A stretch of DNA of 64,000 nucleotides from the NCBI GenBank assembly GCA_008632985.1, contig QPGO01000024.1:635848-699847 (forward strand), in the 5' to 3' direction. Source of the stretch: Psammoneis japonica (Eukaryota). Shown here one piece after another: positions 62,118 to 64,000 of this stretch. The notes beneath the pieces are model-generated. The model was not told where the DNA came from. It did no database searches and saw only the letters and a program-made list of their open reading frames with translations. Position 1 is the stretch's first letter; each line of letters begins with the position of its first letter. Both the position numbers and the translations under genes were made by a program.

Positions 62118-63230
62118 TCATTCAATCTTTCGAATGGTGTCTTCCAGTTTCTTTTTGCCACTCACAACGTCCTCCCACTGTCCAAAGTCGACTAATGAAA
62201 AATCAAAACCGCTCCTTGCCACCTCCTCGAGATACCGCGACAATCCCACCAACTCCACATCACGCTTGCCTCGAGACTTTTTTCGAAAGTACGCCGTCAC
62301 TTTGAGACCGCTATTCAAATTGAGTGCAAAATTTCGAGACAAGTCATCCAAATGAATGGTATTTTTCCCAGACCACTGGGGAAACTTGGTCCAGATGATT
62401 TGAAGAGGCTTGACGTGATGCTTCAAACTCGAGCCGTCTCTTTTCTGAGACTTGATTGCAAACATGCTAGTCTTGTCCAACACAAAGCAAAACTTGTATC
62501 CAGCGTTTGTCAACATACCGAGTTCTGTAAGCTTCGTTTCTAGCCATCGCCAAGAGGTCTGAGACCAAACGACCAGGTCGTAGTTGCAATAGGCTGTAGT
62601 GAGAAACTCGTCCATAAATGGACGCTTCATACGAGCTGCAGCAGAAGCTAAGTTGTGATCTTGTTCTTGTTGAAGACTTCTACTGGAAAAGTCCAGCAAT
62701 GTGTGATCCAGATCCAGAACCATTAGCGGTTTGTTTGGCCTAGGCGGATTCATAATGTGCACCGTTGTGGATTCGGTAAATTTCTTCAAGTTCTCGCCGT
62801 TTGCCACGTGGTTGATCCACTCTTCCGAACCAGCCGAGAAGTCAAGCTCAAAGTCATCAATTACGTCCGGGAGATCATCCTTGTCGGAAGGATCCACAAA
62901 GATATGCTCTTCTGGTGTACCCATTAATATAAAAGAATGTGTAATTGTCGGTCCACCGGCCTTCTTTGGTTGGCGAAGTTGAGCCAGTTCCACCTGATCT
63001 GTCAATGTCTGCTTCTTCGCAGCCATGGATAAACCAACGAGTTTTTGTCGTTTGGGCAAAACACCTGTTTGATCTGTAATCATAGATTTGACTTGGCCAA
63101 TTGTGGTAGAGGGTGATAGATCAGACAACGTGATGCGTTCTTTGCCCCACTTGGCGACTAGCGTAATGCTCGTGGGCGGCGAAGCGTTGACGGCGTCATT
63201 CATGACTTCTTCCTCTTTGTTTTCAGCCAT
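62118..63230 (-). CDS. UBLCP1: Ubiquitin-like domain-containing CTD phosphatase 1
   Basis: UBL domain (TGVLPKRQKLVGL, ILMGTPEE) plus FCP1-type DLDHT phosphatase motif, MKRPF..EFL, VKPL..IW, DDL.RNF. Confidence 0.9.
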   Translation of the reverse strand: MAENKEEEVMNDAVNASPPTSITLVAKWGKERITLSDLSPSTTIGQVKSMITDQTGVLPKRQKLVGLSMAAKKQTLTDQVELAQLRQPKKAGGPTITHSFILMGTPEEHIFVDPSDKDDLPDVIDDFELDFSAGSEEWINHVANGENLKKFTESTTVHIMNPPRPNKPLMVLDLDHTLLDFSSRSLQQEQDHNLASAAARMKRPFMDEFLTTAYCNYDLVVWSQTSWRWLETKLTELGMLTNAGYKFCFVLDKTSMFAIKSQKRDGSSLKHHVKPLQIIWTKFPQWSGKNTIHLDDLSRNFALNLNSGLKVTAYFRKKSRGKRDVELVGLSRYLEEVARSGFDFSLVDFGQWEDVVSGKKKLEDTIRKIE

Positions 63231-64000
63231 TTTCGTCCATGAGTTCGACGTCAAAACGTGTATATGGGTCGACCAGTAGCAAAAAGATGGATTTGGACTT
63301 GGAAGTTGAGGTGATGAATGGCAAATGACATTGGTTGATGCGTTGTCGTTTCTTGTCGTTGCATCGGTCGCATCATGCGAACAAATTCTCAGCGAAAACC
63401 CTAACCCTACTGCGCAGCGAGTCACATAACATTCTATTCGCTCTATCTCATCTCTCACTACTGTATGGAAATAGACAATGAGTAAGGCCAAATTTATCTG
63501 TAGCTACAAGCACGAGAAGCTTCTTGCGTCGACAAGCGAAGTAAAGCACAAGAACTGCTTCAACTTTACATAAACACCATACTGTGAACTGGCTAGTAGA
63601 TGCAACTATCTTTTGTAACAAAGTTCTAATGCTAAATATTTCTTCCGTTCTGTCTGTCAGGCTTGCCGAAGTCTTATCCAGAGTTTTCACATGTCTTTCC
63701 GTTCATTCTTTACTGTCTGGCTTCTTAAATTCTTGGTTACTAAGAATCCAATGAAGAGAAGAACTAGTAGAAGAGCGCAGTTGTCCCCAAAGCGTGAGTC
63801 GGAAACAACTCTAGGAAGGCTAGACTCATCTACTTGCAACCTCCTTCCGAGAGCAAAGCGCGTGCTTGGAATTCCTTCATCTGGCCAGTACCACGTAGTG
63901 AGGAATTTGAGTATGAGTTCTCTGTCCCAATTTGCCATCTTGTTGTCGCGCCAACACGCTGGGCACATTTTGCGGGTTGGAAACTTGGAGGAAAGAATCT

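Noticed and set aside
63448..64000. Possible partial minus-strand gene at the window end
   Set aside because: Short ORFs with no recognisable motif; insufficient support.

Overview
Eukaryotic nuclear DNA, almost certainly from a diatom: two fucoxanthin-chlorophyll a/c (FCP/Lhcf) genes, bipartite plastid-targeting presequences with (S/A)AF-AP motifs, and short GT-AG introns. About 25 protein-coding genes are recognisable, including GT25-like, two menorin/FAM151-like, LAMTOR5-like, an S8 subtilase, Alba, a Ser/Thr kinase, PPR-TrmB, a TPR methyltransferase, CK2 alpha, TRM82/WDR4, PPIL1, chorismate synthase, FabI, an FAD monooxygenase, AATF/BFR2, TAP42 and UBLCP1. They are interrupted by four repeat-derived islands totalling about 18 kb (~5.7-12.8, ~16.0-21.1, ~32.1-35.4 and ~59.4-61.8 kb). 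The main observation is that these islands have lost almost all TpA, and usually CpG, in favour of TpG/CpA. Three internal comparisons show TpA replaced by TpG or CpA (A>G on either strand), which cytosine methylation and deamination cannot produce: a mutated copy of an intact ORF, a pair of transposon TIRs, and a decayed RNase H domain. This points to a candidate repeat-targeted, adenine-directed hypermutation process (RIP-like in effect), partly decoupled from CpG decay. Mirror-image TA/CG-rich, TG/CA-poor tracts lie in some intergenic regions. Four conserved genes carry single-base -1 frameshifts, suggesting residual indel errors in the assembly, so base-level claims need confirmation with independent reads. 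All alignments and counts were made by eye; gene boundaries with introns are approximate.
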